Source: Clostridia bacterium (lineage in GTDB: Bacteria > Bacillota > Clostridia > Christensenellales > CAG-1252). Taken from it: a stretch of DNA of 52,074 nucleotides. The notes beneath the pieces are model-generated. The model did not search any database and was not told the origin of the DNA. It was given only the letters and a program-made list of their open reading frames with translations. A program made the translations under genes and the position numbers. Numbering within the stretch: position 1 is the stretch's first letter; each line of letters starts with the position of its first letter. Positions 25,333 to 33,631 of the stretch are shown here, one piece after another. The stretch covers positions 1 to 52,074 of the forward strand of contig JAFTOZ010000113.1 of assembly GCA_017463565.1 (NCBI GenBank), in the 5' to 3' direction.

Positions 25333-27510
25333 TTAGTAGATGACGTCCTCCTCGATGGTGATATGGAGGGGGAGAGAGTCGTTGTAGTAGCCTGTGCCGA
25401 GGCAGGTGACGGTGACCATTTGGTAGGCGTTGCCACTATCCTCTAGCTCGAGGGTCAGGGTGTAGGTGCCGTCCCCGTTGGGGGTGAGCAGGCTGACGTT
25501 GTATTGGGTGGTGTATTTGCTATCCTCAAGGCCGCGCACCACAACCTCTACGTAGTAGGCGTTGGGGTCAAGTTGGAGATTGAGAATGAGGGTGAGGGTG
25601 CCTTCGGAATTCTCTGCCTCAAGGGTACCCGTGGGGGTAGCGAGGGTATCGGTATGGACGTAGCTGTCGAGGGCAGGTTGGCTCTGGGTGTAGTGGCCTT
25701 GGGTGGAAGTTGCGACCACACGGAAGTCTACCGTGCCAACTGCAGACAAGTGCTCAGTGACGTCGACGCGAGTGTTGCCCTCGGCGGCGGCAGATACGCT
25801 GATCTCGGTATTTCCAATCCACACGCGGAAACCGTCTGCGTGCGCTACGGGAGGGATCTCCAACCAGTAGGTGCGACCGCTCTCGCTATTCTCTACCGTG
25901 ATGAGGAAAGAGGGGGTGTCCAATTGGACGTAGTAGCTGACGGTGGCGGTGGCGGCATTGCCCTTGAGGTAGACGTCTTCGTTTGTGGAGGCGGCAACCA
26001 CGGAGAGGTTGTAGTCTCCGGGTAACATTTCGGGGAGAATATACTCTGTATATTCGCTGCCTTTGTCGACGGGAAGAATGACCTCTTGCAGATCACCGAA
26101 GTTGATGAGGAAATGGTCTGCCTCGTAGACCTCGGAGATGAGAAGTTTGTAGCCCTTGGTGAGTTCTTGGACGACGAGGGTGGGGGTTTCGAGCTGGCGC
26201 ACGAAGAAGCAGGATTCTACGTTTTCGTAGCGCGCTAAGGCACAACCCGGGAGCAGGTAGAGTTTGCGACTGCCGGTGACGAGGTCTACGGTAGAGGTGG
26301 ACTCTGCGTAGACTACGCCGCCCCGTAGGGTATCGGCGTGGCCGAAGATATGCAGGGTGGCGGTGGGCGCAAGTTGGGTGGTACCGGAGATACTGTCGGT
26401 GACACGTACGGTGATATCTTCGTCCAACGCGCTATGCTCGGCAGAGACGGACGTCAGGGTGGCGTCGCAGGAAAGGGTGAGGGTGGTGAGTTGGAGATCG
26501 GCTCCTACGTACCAATGCTCGCCCGAAAGATAGAGATCCTCGCAGGCGATCCTGCCGCCCACCTCGGGGTCTGTCCACAAATAGGCACGGTTGCCAACGA
26601 AGGCTTTGCCGTCCGCGCCTTTGAGGGTGAGTGCGCCCTCTACCGTGAGGGTGTGGCCGTTGAGGTCCAGCACGTAGCCGTCCAGGGTGAGAGAGCCGTC
26701 TACCGTGATATCATCTTTGAAGAGAAGCTCGGTGCGGTTGCCCTTTTCGAGCGCCTTGGTGAGATCCTCTACGGTATGTATAAAGGCGACGTTGCGCGTG
26801 GTGACGAAGTGGCCAACCGTAAGGCCGATGGCGACTGCAAGCACGACTGACGTGATGATGACGAACAGTTTGTGCTTTTTGAACCAGGCTTTGGTCTTTT
26901 CCTTTCGTTCTGCCTTTTTGCGTGCCTTTTCCAATTCCTCGGGGGTGGGCTCCTTTTTGTCGGAGGGCTCCTCGGTGCTTTCGGCAGGCGTTTCTTCCTC
27001 CGGAGTTTCCTCTGCGGTGGGGATATCCTCGGCAGGGGTTTCTGCAGTAGGTGCGTCCTCACAAGGGATATCCTCGGCAGGGGTTTCTGCTACGGCAGGG
27101 GTCTCCTCCTCGCAAGGGATCTCTTCTGCAATAGGTGCTTCCTCTACGGCAGGGGTCTCTTCCTCGGCAGGGGCTACTTCTTCACAGGGGGTTTCCTCTA
27201 CGATAGGCGTTTCCTCAGCAATAGGCTCTTCCACGCAGGGGGTTTCCTCACAAGGAGTTTCCTCGGCAATAGACTCTTCCTCGGCAGGTACTTCCTCTGC
27301 GATAGGTGCTTCCTCGGCAGGTGTTTCCTCTGCGATAGGTGATTCCTCGACGGCAGGGATTTCTGCAATAGGCGCGACTTCCAAGGTGGGAGTATCTATC
27401 TCTGCATTTTCTTCGATAGGGGTGGGCTCGGTGGCGGTCTCGCTCTCTACGGTGAGAGTGGGCGCGTCGACGAGGGGACGAAATTTATTCTTCTTCTTTT
27501 TCTTGCTCAT
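25333..27510 (-). CDS. Single-pass membrane protein: acidic Pro/Glu/Cys repeat N-terminal region, TM helix, ~500-aa extracytoplasmic beta-rich region
   Basis: The start is trimmed to ATG 27510 (MSKKKKKNKF), preceded by AAGGAGGT. The repeats read EETP(A/C)EE..PIAEE. The TM helix is LFVIITSVVLAVAIGLTVGHFV. Confidence 0.75.
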   Translation of the reverse strand: MSKKKKKNKFRPLVDAPTLTVESETATEPTPIEENAEIDTPTLEVAPIAEIPAVEESPIAEETPAEEAPIAEEVPAEEESIAEETPCEETPCVEEPIAEETPIVEETPCEEVAPAEEETPAVEEAPIAEEIPCEEETPAVAETPAEDIPCEDAPTAETPAEDIPTAEETPEEETPAESTEEPSDKKEPTPEELEKARKKAERKEKTKAWFKKHKLFVIITSVVLAVAIGLTVGHFVTTRNVAFIHTVEDLTKALEKGNRTELLFKDDITVDGSLTLDGYVLDLNGHTLTVEGALTLKGADGKAFVGNRAYLWTDPEVGGRIACEDLYLSGEHWYVGADLQLTTLTLSCDATLTSVSAEHSALDEDITVRVTDSISGTTQLAPTATLHIFGHADTLRGGVVYAESTSTVDLVTGSRKLYLLPGCALARYENVESCFFVRQLETPTLVVQELTKGYKLLISEVYEADHFLINFGDLQEVILPVDKGSEYTEYILPEMLPGDYNLSVVAASTNEDVYLKGNAATATVSYYVQLDTPSFLITVENSESGRTYWLEIPPVAHADGFRVWIGNTEISVSAAAEGNTRVDVTEHLSAVGTVDFRVVATSTQGHYTQSQPALDSYVHTDTLATPTGTLEAENSEGTLTLILNLQLDPNAYYVEVVVRGLEDSKYTTQYNVSLLTPNGDGTYTLTLELEDSGNAYQMVTVTCLGTGYYNDSLPLHITIEEDVIY

Positions 27511-27571
27511 GGTTACCTCCTTGGGCAATCGAATTCACTACGTTTATTATATGGGACGGAGAGGGGAATTG

Positions 27572-28570
27572 TCAATGCCCATCTGCGATGGGCGCAAGAA
27601 GTGCAATCTGCTCGATGACCGCACGAACGTCGGCGGTGGTGCGAGCAGAGCCGATTTGAACACGAAGTTCTTTGGCACCTACCCGTCCGTTGACGGCGGC
27701 AATCAGGTGGGGCTTGAGAATGTTGCAAACGATACGGTCCTCGTATGTTTGCGCAAGCACTTGCATTTGGTAGAGGAAATCCGCACGATAGTCCACCTGT
27801 GGGTCAAGGCCGTTGATCCGGGCGAAAATAGCGGTATTGCCGATAGCACCGCGTGCGATCATAACGCCTGCGGCGCCTGTGACCTCTTTGATACGGTGGT
27901 AGTCGGCGACCGTATGGACGTCTCCGTTGGCGATGACGGGAATGCTGACACTCTCCACCACCCTGCGAATGACCTGCCAGTCGGCAGAGCCTGCGTAGGC
28001 TTGGGCACGGGTGCGACCGTGGACGGTAATGGCAGAGGCGCCTGCCTCTTGGAGCCGCAGGGCAAACTCGGGGGCGGTGACGGAATCCCACCCGGAGCGA
28101 ATTTTGACGGTGACGGGTCGACCGCCTGCTGCGGAGACCACTGCACGCACGATGGCTGAGGCACGGTCGGGGTCTTTCATGAGGGCACTACCCTCGCCAC
28201 GGCTGACCACTTTGTGCACGGGACAACCCATATTGATGTCGATGATCTCGAAGGGGAGAATGCAGGGGTGGGTGACGGCACGTGCGAAAATGTCGGGGTC
28301 GGAGCCAAACAGTTGGACACACGAGGGGGTCTCGAGGGGGCCAACCTTGGTGAGAAGTTCGGTTTGGCGGTTGCGATATTGCAGACCGCAGACCGAGATC
28401 ATTTCGGTGCAGGTGAGGCCGGCGCCGTAGTGACGGGCAAGTCCGCGAAAACCAAGATCGCTGACTCCTGCCATAGGACCCAAAAAGGTGTCGGCGGAAA
28501 GGTGTACCGACCCGATAGAGAGGGGTGTGGCGCTGCCCCCTTGCACGACGGTTTCGTAGGGGTTGGTCAT
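27572..28570 (-). CDS. dus: tRNA-dihydrouridine synthase
   Basis: Motifs LGPMAGVSDLGFR, TEMIS, IDINMGCPV and the TVHGRT region are typical of DusB-type enzymes. Confidence 0.9.
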   Translation of the reverse strand: MTNPYETVVQGGSATPLSIGSVHLSADTFLGPMAGVSDLGFRGLARHYGAGLTCTEMISVCGLQYRNRQTELLTKVGPLETPSCVQLFGSDPDIFARAVTHPCILPFEIIDINMGCPVHKVVSRGEGSALMKDPDRASAIVRAVVSAAGGRPVTVKIRSGWDSVTAPEFALRLQEAGASAITVHGRTRAQAYAGSADWQVIRRVVESVSIPVIANGDVHTVADYHRIKEVTGAAGVMIARGAIGNTAIFARINGLDPQVDYRADFLYQMQVLAQTYEDRIVCNILKPHLIAAVNGRVGAKELRVQIGSARTTADVRAVIEQIALLAPIADGH

Positions 28571-29964
28571 ACTTCCTCTGCTTTGATTTGTTGGTAGATC
28601 TCCTCGAGCTCGTCGAGGGAAAGGGCGGTCATTTGTTTGCCGAGGGAAAGAACACGCTCCTCAACGGCAATGAAACGGCGCTCGAATTTTTGGCAACTCT
28701 TGAGCAGGGCTTCTTCGGAGCCGACACCTGCCAAGCGCAGGGTGTTGACGACGGCAAAGAGCAGGTCGCCGCCCTCGAGTTCTCTTTCTTCGGGGGTGGT
28801 GGCGGACCAAAGTTCCTCTAATTCCTCGGCTATCTTTTGACTTGCGAGGCGGGCATCGTGCCAATCGAAACCTGCTTTTGAGGCGATCTTTTGCACCTTG
28901 TGGGCACGCATAAGGGCGGCTTGGGGGGCAACTTGGCGCATACGGTCGGCAAAGGTGCCTTGCTTCTTTTCTTTGGCCTTGGCGGCATCCCACGCGGCAA
29001 GCGCTTCCTCTTGGCCGTGGGCGACCACGTCTCCAAATACGTGGGGGTGGCGCGTGAGCATTTTTTGACAAATGGCGGTGACCATGTCGGTGGTGCTGAA
29101 TTCGCCTGCGTCCTCGGCAAGAGAGGCGTGGAAAATGGCCTGCAGGAGGACGTCGCCCGTTTCTTCGAGTATCATATCGATATCGTCACGGTCGATGGCC
29201 TCCACCAGCTCGTATGCCTCTTCTACGGCGCAGGCACGGATACTTTGGTGGGTCTGTACCTTGTCCCAATCGCAACCGTCGGGGTCACGCAGGCGGAAGA
29301 TGATACGAATGAGGTCGGTGACGGTGAAACGTTGGCGGTGGCGAAGTTCCTCGGAGGGAAGGACGTAGGCACAGTCGGCGCCGTAGGCACCTTGTCTGTC
29401 CAGATCCTCGACCAAGCAGGGAGAGGCCTTGCCCTCGCGGTACCAATAGCCCTCTACGTTGCCGTAGGCATCCAATAGGCGCAGTTTGACTTCGCCCGCG
29501 AGATAGGGGTCGTCAATCTCGGTGATGACGAGGACTCCCTCGGCACGGTAGAAAACACGCTCGATGGCAAGCGCAGTTGCGGATAGGGTGGAGAAAGCGG
29601 GGGCGGAGATGCCTGCGGCGGCAAGCGCGCCTACGGCAGGGCTGACACCGGGAATGACGGAAACCTCACAAGCGGCCTTGAGCAAGGGCAAAATGGGGTC
29701 GTCCGTACCGCTACCGTCTACGCAATAGACGGCGCCCTGTTGCGAGGAAAGGCGCTCGACAATGGCAGATTGGAGCGCATCAAAATCGGGCGCTGACTCG
29801 TAGAGGTCGTCCATAGTAGAAAAGGGTATGCCAAGACCCCTGAGGGTGGCCGCCGCAGAAAGGCGGTCGGTGCGTAGCCATACGGACGTGGCAGAGCGCA
29901 CCGCAGAAAGCGCACGCAAACTGACGTCATCTTTGTTCGTTCCCATTCCTACCAACGTGATCAT
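28567..29964 (-). CDS. yabN: YabN-type fusion: tetrapyrrole-methylase-like domain plus MazG nucleotide pyrophosphohydrolase
   Basis: The N-terminus MITLVGMG is methylase-like. The C-terminal half has MazG EEAYE/EE.GD.L motifs. There is a 4-nt ATGA overlap with dus. The gene follows yabM as in Bacillus subtilis. Confidence 0.85.
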   Translation of the reverse strand: MITLVGMGTNKDDVSLRALSAVRSATSVWLRTDRLSAAATLRGLGIPFSTMDDLYESAPDFDALQSAIVERLSSQQGAVYCVDGSGTDDPILPLLKAACEVSVIPGVSPAVGALAAAGISAPAFSTLSATALAIERVFYRAEGVLVITEIDDPYLAGEVKLRLLDAYGNVEGYWYREGKASPCLVEDLDRQGAYGADCAYVLPSEELRHRQRFTVTDLIRIIFRLRDPDGCDWDKVQTHQSIRACAVEEAYELVEAIDRDDIDMILEETGDVLLQAIFHASLAEDAGEFSTTDMVTAICQKMLTRHPHVFGDVVAHGQEEALAAWDAAKAKEKKQGTFADRMRQVAPQAALMRAHKVQKIASKAGFDWHDARLASQKIAEELEELWSATTPEERELEGGDLLFAVVNTLRLAGVGSEEALLKSCQKFERRFIAVEERVLSLGKQMTALSLDELEEIYQQIKAEEV

Positions 29965-31456
29965 GTGTTTTCTCCTTGTCGGCGTGTCTTATAGACACAC
30001 CGCTTATCTTCAACAGTATAGCATAGACCGCGCCTGCAAGCAAGACGTTGAGGGCAACACATAATAAATTGTTGGGGATAAATCGCACGGATAGGCTGAC
30101 GACAAGCGCCATGACGAGGGTGCTGAGCGTACAAAAGAGCATGGGCTTGGAGAGGGAGAGGGCGCCTGCTCGGTGGCGGTAGGAAAGGTAGCCCGAGCAA
30201 AGGTAGACGGCGTGGCAAACGAGCTGTGCGGCCACCGCACCGTACAGCCCCAGTAGGGGAATGAGGGCAAGGCTTGCGAGAAGTTTGGCACCGCCTGCGA
30301 GGGCTTGGTTGCGTGCGCTCTGTCCTGCTCGGTCCACCGCACCCAATAGGGCGGCATAGACCTGGCCGAGAGAGGTGAGGGGGACGGTGGCGGCGGATAG
30401 GGCGAGAAGAAAACTGCCCAGGCGGTGGGCGGAGGGGGAAAGAGAGGGATAGAGCAGAGGGAGAAGACGTGGCGCAAGCAGGGCAAGCAGGACGGAGGAG
30501 GGCAGGGAAAGGCAGAGGACGGACAAAAGGGTGCGGCTACTGTTGGAGCGGACACCCTCGAGGGAGCGCGAGGATAGGGCGCGTGCGACGAGGGGAATGA
30601 CGGTAGTGACGAAAGCAAGGGTGAGGACGACGGGGAGATTGACGAGGGTGCCGACGGCGCCTGTGAGCAGACCGTAGCCGGAAACCGCACTCTCAAGCGG
30701 CATAGTGAGGGAGAAAAGGCGCACCAGCAAAAGGCTATCGAAAAAGCCCACCACCGGCATGACGGCGGAGGAAAGGGTGTAGGGCAGGGTGGCTTTGAGG
30801 ACGGGGCGAATGGGTAGGAGGACGGAGGGAGTGGAAAGACGGTAGCCGAGGGCGCGGTAGGCAACGAGCACCCACAGAAAACACAAGAGTTCGGAAAGGG
30901 TTACCCCAAAAAGCGCACCTGCGACCGCAAGGGCGAGGGAGCGGGTACGCAACAGATAGGCAAAGCCCAGGCCGCATAGTTTGGTGAGTTGCTCGACAAG
31001 CACCGCACCCGAGAGCGCGCCTGTGTGGAGATTGGCTTGGAGCCAACCGCGAAAGGGAGCGGCAAGGGCGACGAAAAGAAGCGCAGGGGCAAGGGCAAGG
31101 TAGCCTCGCCACATGGCAGGATAGCCCTGCGCAGAGGATAGGGGGACGGCGAGGGCAGACAAAAGCAGGGTGGCGCCAAGGCCTATCCACAGCATAAGCG
31201 TGAGCGCTCGGCGAAAGACGGCGTAGCCAAAAGATGGAGAACGCACGATTTGTCGGGAGAGCATGGTGGGGACCGCCGTAGAGGATAGGGCAAGCAAAAG
31301 GGCATAGACGGGGAATACCAGTTGGTAGCCGCCCATGCCCTCGGTGCCCAAAAGGTTGGTGAGGGGCAGACGGTATGCTGCGCCAATACCCTTGGCCACC
31401 ACCATGGCGACCATCAGCCATAGGCTACGCGCGGATAGGGAGCGAGTGCGCTTCAC
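29927..31456 (-). CDS. yabM: MOP-superfamily polysaccharide/lipid II flippase-like protein (YabM/SpoVB-like)
   Basis: Polytopic membrane protein with KGIGAAYRLPLTNLLGTEGMGGYQLVFPVY near the N-terminus. The GTG at 31456 is the preferred start (a GTGA overlap with the spoVT stop). The track ORF's extra 100 aa are Arg/Pro/His-rich. Confidence 0.7.
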   Translation of the reverse strand: MKRTRSLSARSLWLMVAMVVAKGIGAAYRLPLTNLLGTEGMGGYQLVFPVYALLLALSSTAVPTMLSRQIVRSPSFGYAVFRRALTLMLWIGLGATLLLSALAVPLSSAQGYPAMWRGYLALAPALLFVALAAPFRGWLQANLHTGALSGAVLVEQLTKLCGLGFAYLLRTRSLALAVAGALFGVTLSELLCFLWVLVAYRALGYRLSTPSVLLPIRPVLKATLPYTLSSAVMPVVGFFDSLLLVRLFSLTMPLESAVSGYGLLTGAVGTLVNLPVVLTLAFVTTVIPLVARALSSRSLEGVRSNSSRTLLSVLCLSLPSSVLLALLAPRLLPLLYPSLSPSAHRLGSFLLALSAATVPLTSLGQVYAALLGAVDRAGQSARNQALAGGAKLLASLALIPLLGLYGAVAAQLVCHAVYLCSGYLSYRHRAGALSLSKPMLFCTLSTLVMALVVSLSVRFIPNNLLCVALNVLLAGAVYAILLKISGVSIRHADKEKTHDHVGRNGNEQR

Positions 31457-31974
31457 ACGCCTTGGAGTCGGTAGCAAAGAAGGGTGGCGGTAACTTGGAG
31501 AAGGGAGTGGGCAGAGGCGGTGATTTCTTCGCCGCCAAGAAGCACCGCACCGTAGAGATCCCCCTCGATGAGAAGGGGGTAGAGGGAAACCTGGGGATAG
31601 GGGCAGGGAGTGGACTCTACGATAGAGGAAAGCTCGCCCATACGGGGTTTGCGCATGGCGCACCATTCCTCCACGGCGGTGGAGAGGGGCAGACCGCCCA
31701 CCCCCTCGGTGTGGGGACCTGTGGCGGCCACGACACGGTGGGTGTCCACCACCCACACCGCAAGACCCGTGTGGTGGTGCAGGGTGCGCACGTAGGGCTC
31801 GACCTTAGCGCCCAAATTGAGGACGGCGGAATACTTTTTGAGAATAAGTCCGTCTCCTTCGGTGTAGATTTCCAGAGGTTCGCCCTCGGCGATGCGCATG
31901 GTGCGCCGAATTTCTTTGGGAATGACGACTCTGCCAAGCTCGTCTACTCGCCGTATCATACCTGTTGCTTTCAC
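31453..31974 (-). CDS. spoVT: Stage V sporulation protein T (AbrB-type N-terminal domain plus GAF-like domain)
   Basis: The N-terminus (M)KATGMIRRVDELGRVVIPKEIRRTMRIAEGEPLEIY is nearly colinear with B. subtilis SpoVT. GTG start with the AAAGGAG SD. Length 173 aa. Confidence 0.9.
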   Translation of the reverse strand: MKATGMIRRVDELGRVVIPKEIRRTMRIAEGEPLEIYTEGDGLILKKYSAVLNLGAKVEPYVRTLHHHTGLAVWVVDTHRVVAATGPHTEGVGGLPLSTAVEEWCAMRKPRMGELSSIVESTPCPYPQVSLYPLLIEGDLYGAVLLGGEEITASAHSLLQVTATLLCYRLQGV

Positions 31975-32047
31975 ACTAAATTCTCCTTTGACGTGGGTTT
32001 GCCGTTAGTGTTTGTAGTTTTTGGAAATTCATACCAGGCATTTGTGC

Positions 32048-32117
32048 GTGACGGTGAGGGCGAAGCAAATGCTATTCAACGGAAATAAAAAAGCCTCGCA
32101 AAACTGCGAGGCTTTTG
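32048..32117 (-). terminator. ~70-bp repeated module with terminator hairpin (copy 1)
   Basis: Stem AAGCCTCGCA / TGCGAGGCTT (32091-32114). A TTTTTTATTT tail follows on the minus strand. The hairpin-containing ~42 bp are identical to copy 2 (33034-33104), and the rest is similar. Confidence 0.75.
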
Positions 32118-32187
32118 CTTGGTTATTTTCTAATTTTTCAGTTAAAGTTCACCTCGTTCTTTAAGGTCATCCAGTATAACAATAAAC

Positions 32188-32832
32188 CTAATACCAGCCC
32201 CCGCCATGTTCGTAAAAATCGATATCTACGACAACGTCCAAATTCATCAGGATATCCAACATCCGCATAAACTCATCTACCACAAGGGGATCATGCTCGA
32301 TAAACGTGAGGTTAGCTTGGATATCGATCGTGCGGTAGTATATGCTCAAATCAATCTTCTCTCCACTTTGCAATTTTTCTCTGACGGTGGCGAGCCGAAT
32401 ATTATTTACGGGGGTAATATGCAAATAATCGTATATGACTTTTGTTCCGCGATCGGGTAAACCATCTACCAATACGTTGTAAACTCCAAAATCTTCCGGC
32501 TGATAGTCGTAGAACAAGTTATTGATGGTTTCGGAATTGGAGAGCGTGACTACAACCGTGGGCAGGGTTCGGGAATCGAGCAGACAGGGGTCGCTCAACA
32601 ATGCTTCTTTGTCGTATCTCTTTTGGTCGAGAGGGTTGTTGGGGTCGGGCGCGGCAAACATTCTGCGCGCGGTGCTATTCACATCCAAGCCCCAATCGGC
32701 GGCTGTTTTGCTATTGTCTACGGGGGGTTGGTTGGACTCTGTATCGGGTACCTCGGGAGCGCAGGCCGTCATGGATAGCACGAAACCAATCGCAAACACC
32801 ACCAGGACAACCGTCCAAAATATCTTTTTCAT
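32188..32832 (-). CDS. Hypothetical lipoprotein (214 aa)
   Basis: The start is trimmed to ATG 32832 (MKKIFWTVVLVVFAIGFVLSMTAC lipobox), preceded by GGAGGAG. Confidence 0.65.
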   Translation of the reverse strand: MKKIFWTVVLVVFAIGFVLSMTACAPEVPDTESNQPPVDNSKTAADWGLDVNSTARRMFAAPDPNNPLDQKRYDKEALLSDPCLLDSRTLPTVVVTLSNSETINNLFYDYQPEDFGVYNVLVDGLPDRGTKVIYDYLHITPVNNIRLATVREKLQSGEKIDLSIYYRTIDIQANLTFIEHDPLVVDEFMRMLDILMNLDVVVDIDFYEHGGGWY

Positions 32833-33033
32833 ATACTCCTCCTTTCTGTCCGGGATTGGGGCACAATAGGGCGTGCCTATGTATAGTATATTATATATAC
32901 ATAGGGTTGTCAATAGCGAATTATGCAGGGCGATATTGGGGGTTGCGGTAGAGGAAAACTGCACATTTGCTTTTGGGTGGAAATGCTTGTTTCGTGGAAT
33001 GGCGACAACACAAAGAATTGCTCCTTGCGGTAT

Positions 33034-33104
33034 GTGACGGTAAGAGCGAAACAAATGCCACGCAAACGGAAATAAAAAAGCCTCGCAAAACTGCGAGGCT
33101 TTTG
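33034..33104 (-). terminator. ~70-bp repeated module with terminator hairpin (copy 2)
   Basis: The same hairpin as copy 1 at 33078-33101, 16 nt downstream of the secG-like stop. Confidence 0.75.
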
Positions 33105-33119
33105 TCCTCTTACGCTAGA

Positions 33120-33431
33120 TTATGCAGCAGGTGCTACGGCTACGGTGGGGGCTACTACGAAGAATACGATAGCCAACACTGCGGCAAGAGATGCGAACAC
33201 GATGGTGAGGATACGCAACAGACGAGAGGTGCGGTCACCTTTGTTCTTCGCAAAAAAGCTCTCGCTAGAGCCACCAGTAATAGCGCTGGCGCCTTCGTTA
33301 GCGCTCTTTTGGAGCATAACAACAACGACTACTGCAATGCACAGCAGGGCGATCAGACAAGCGATTACGCTTGCAGCAACGGTACGAGCATCAGTCACGC
33401 TCAAAGCGGCCAATAAATTGATTCCTAACAA
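33120..33431 (-). CDS. secG: Preprotein translocase subunit SecG-like protein
   Basis: Two TM helices flank a Gly/Ser-rich loop (MLQKSANEGASAITGGSSESFFAKNKG). TTG start with the SD AAAGGAGGG 8 nt upstream. Confidence 0.55.
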   Translation of the reverse strand: MLGINLLAALSVTDARTVAASVIACLIALLCIAVVVVVMLQKSANEGASAITGGSSESFFAKNKGDRTSRLLRILTIVFASLAAVLAIVFFVVAPTVAVAPAA

Positions 33432-33595
33432 GGGTCTAACCCTCCTTTGTATAAATTGCTATCCTATTCTATCACAACAATTTCAAAATAACAAGCGTTT
33501 TTTACTATTTTTTGCGCGGTGCGAAAAGCAAATACACGGCGCGCACGGATAGGGGGAGTTTTTTTGGAAGATATGGGCTTGTGGGACGGCAGGTG

Positions 33596-33625
33596 TTGAC
33601 TTTGGAAAGAGGGTTGGTGTATAAT
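33596..33625 (+). promoter_or_regulatory. Promoter TTGACT-18-TATAAT, placed 6 nt before ATG 33632
   Basis: TTGACT at 33596-33601 and TATAAT at 33620-33625. There is no SD between the -10 element and the ATG. Confidence 0.6.
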
Positions 33626-33631
33626 GGGCGC

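Noticed and set aside
26687-28159. 490-aa plus-strand ORF with long Ser/Gly/Ala/Val runs
   Set aside because: It is the antisense reading of the acidic repeat region and of dus. It has no start context and its composition is non-protein-like.
31457-31756. 100-aa N-terminal extension of the YabM/SpoVB-like ORF
   Set aside because: It is Arg/Pro/His/Gly-rich and lies entirely inside spoVT in another frame. GTG 31456 gives a typical flippase N-terminus and a 4-nt overlap with the spoVT stop.
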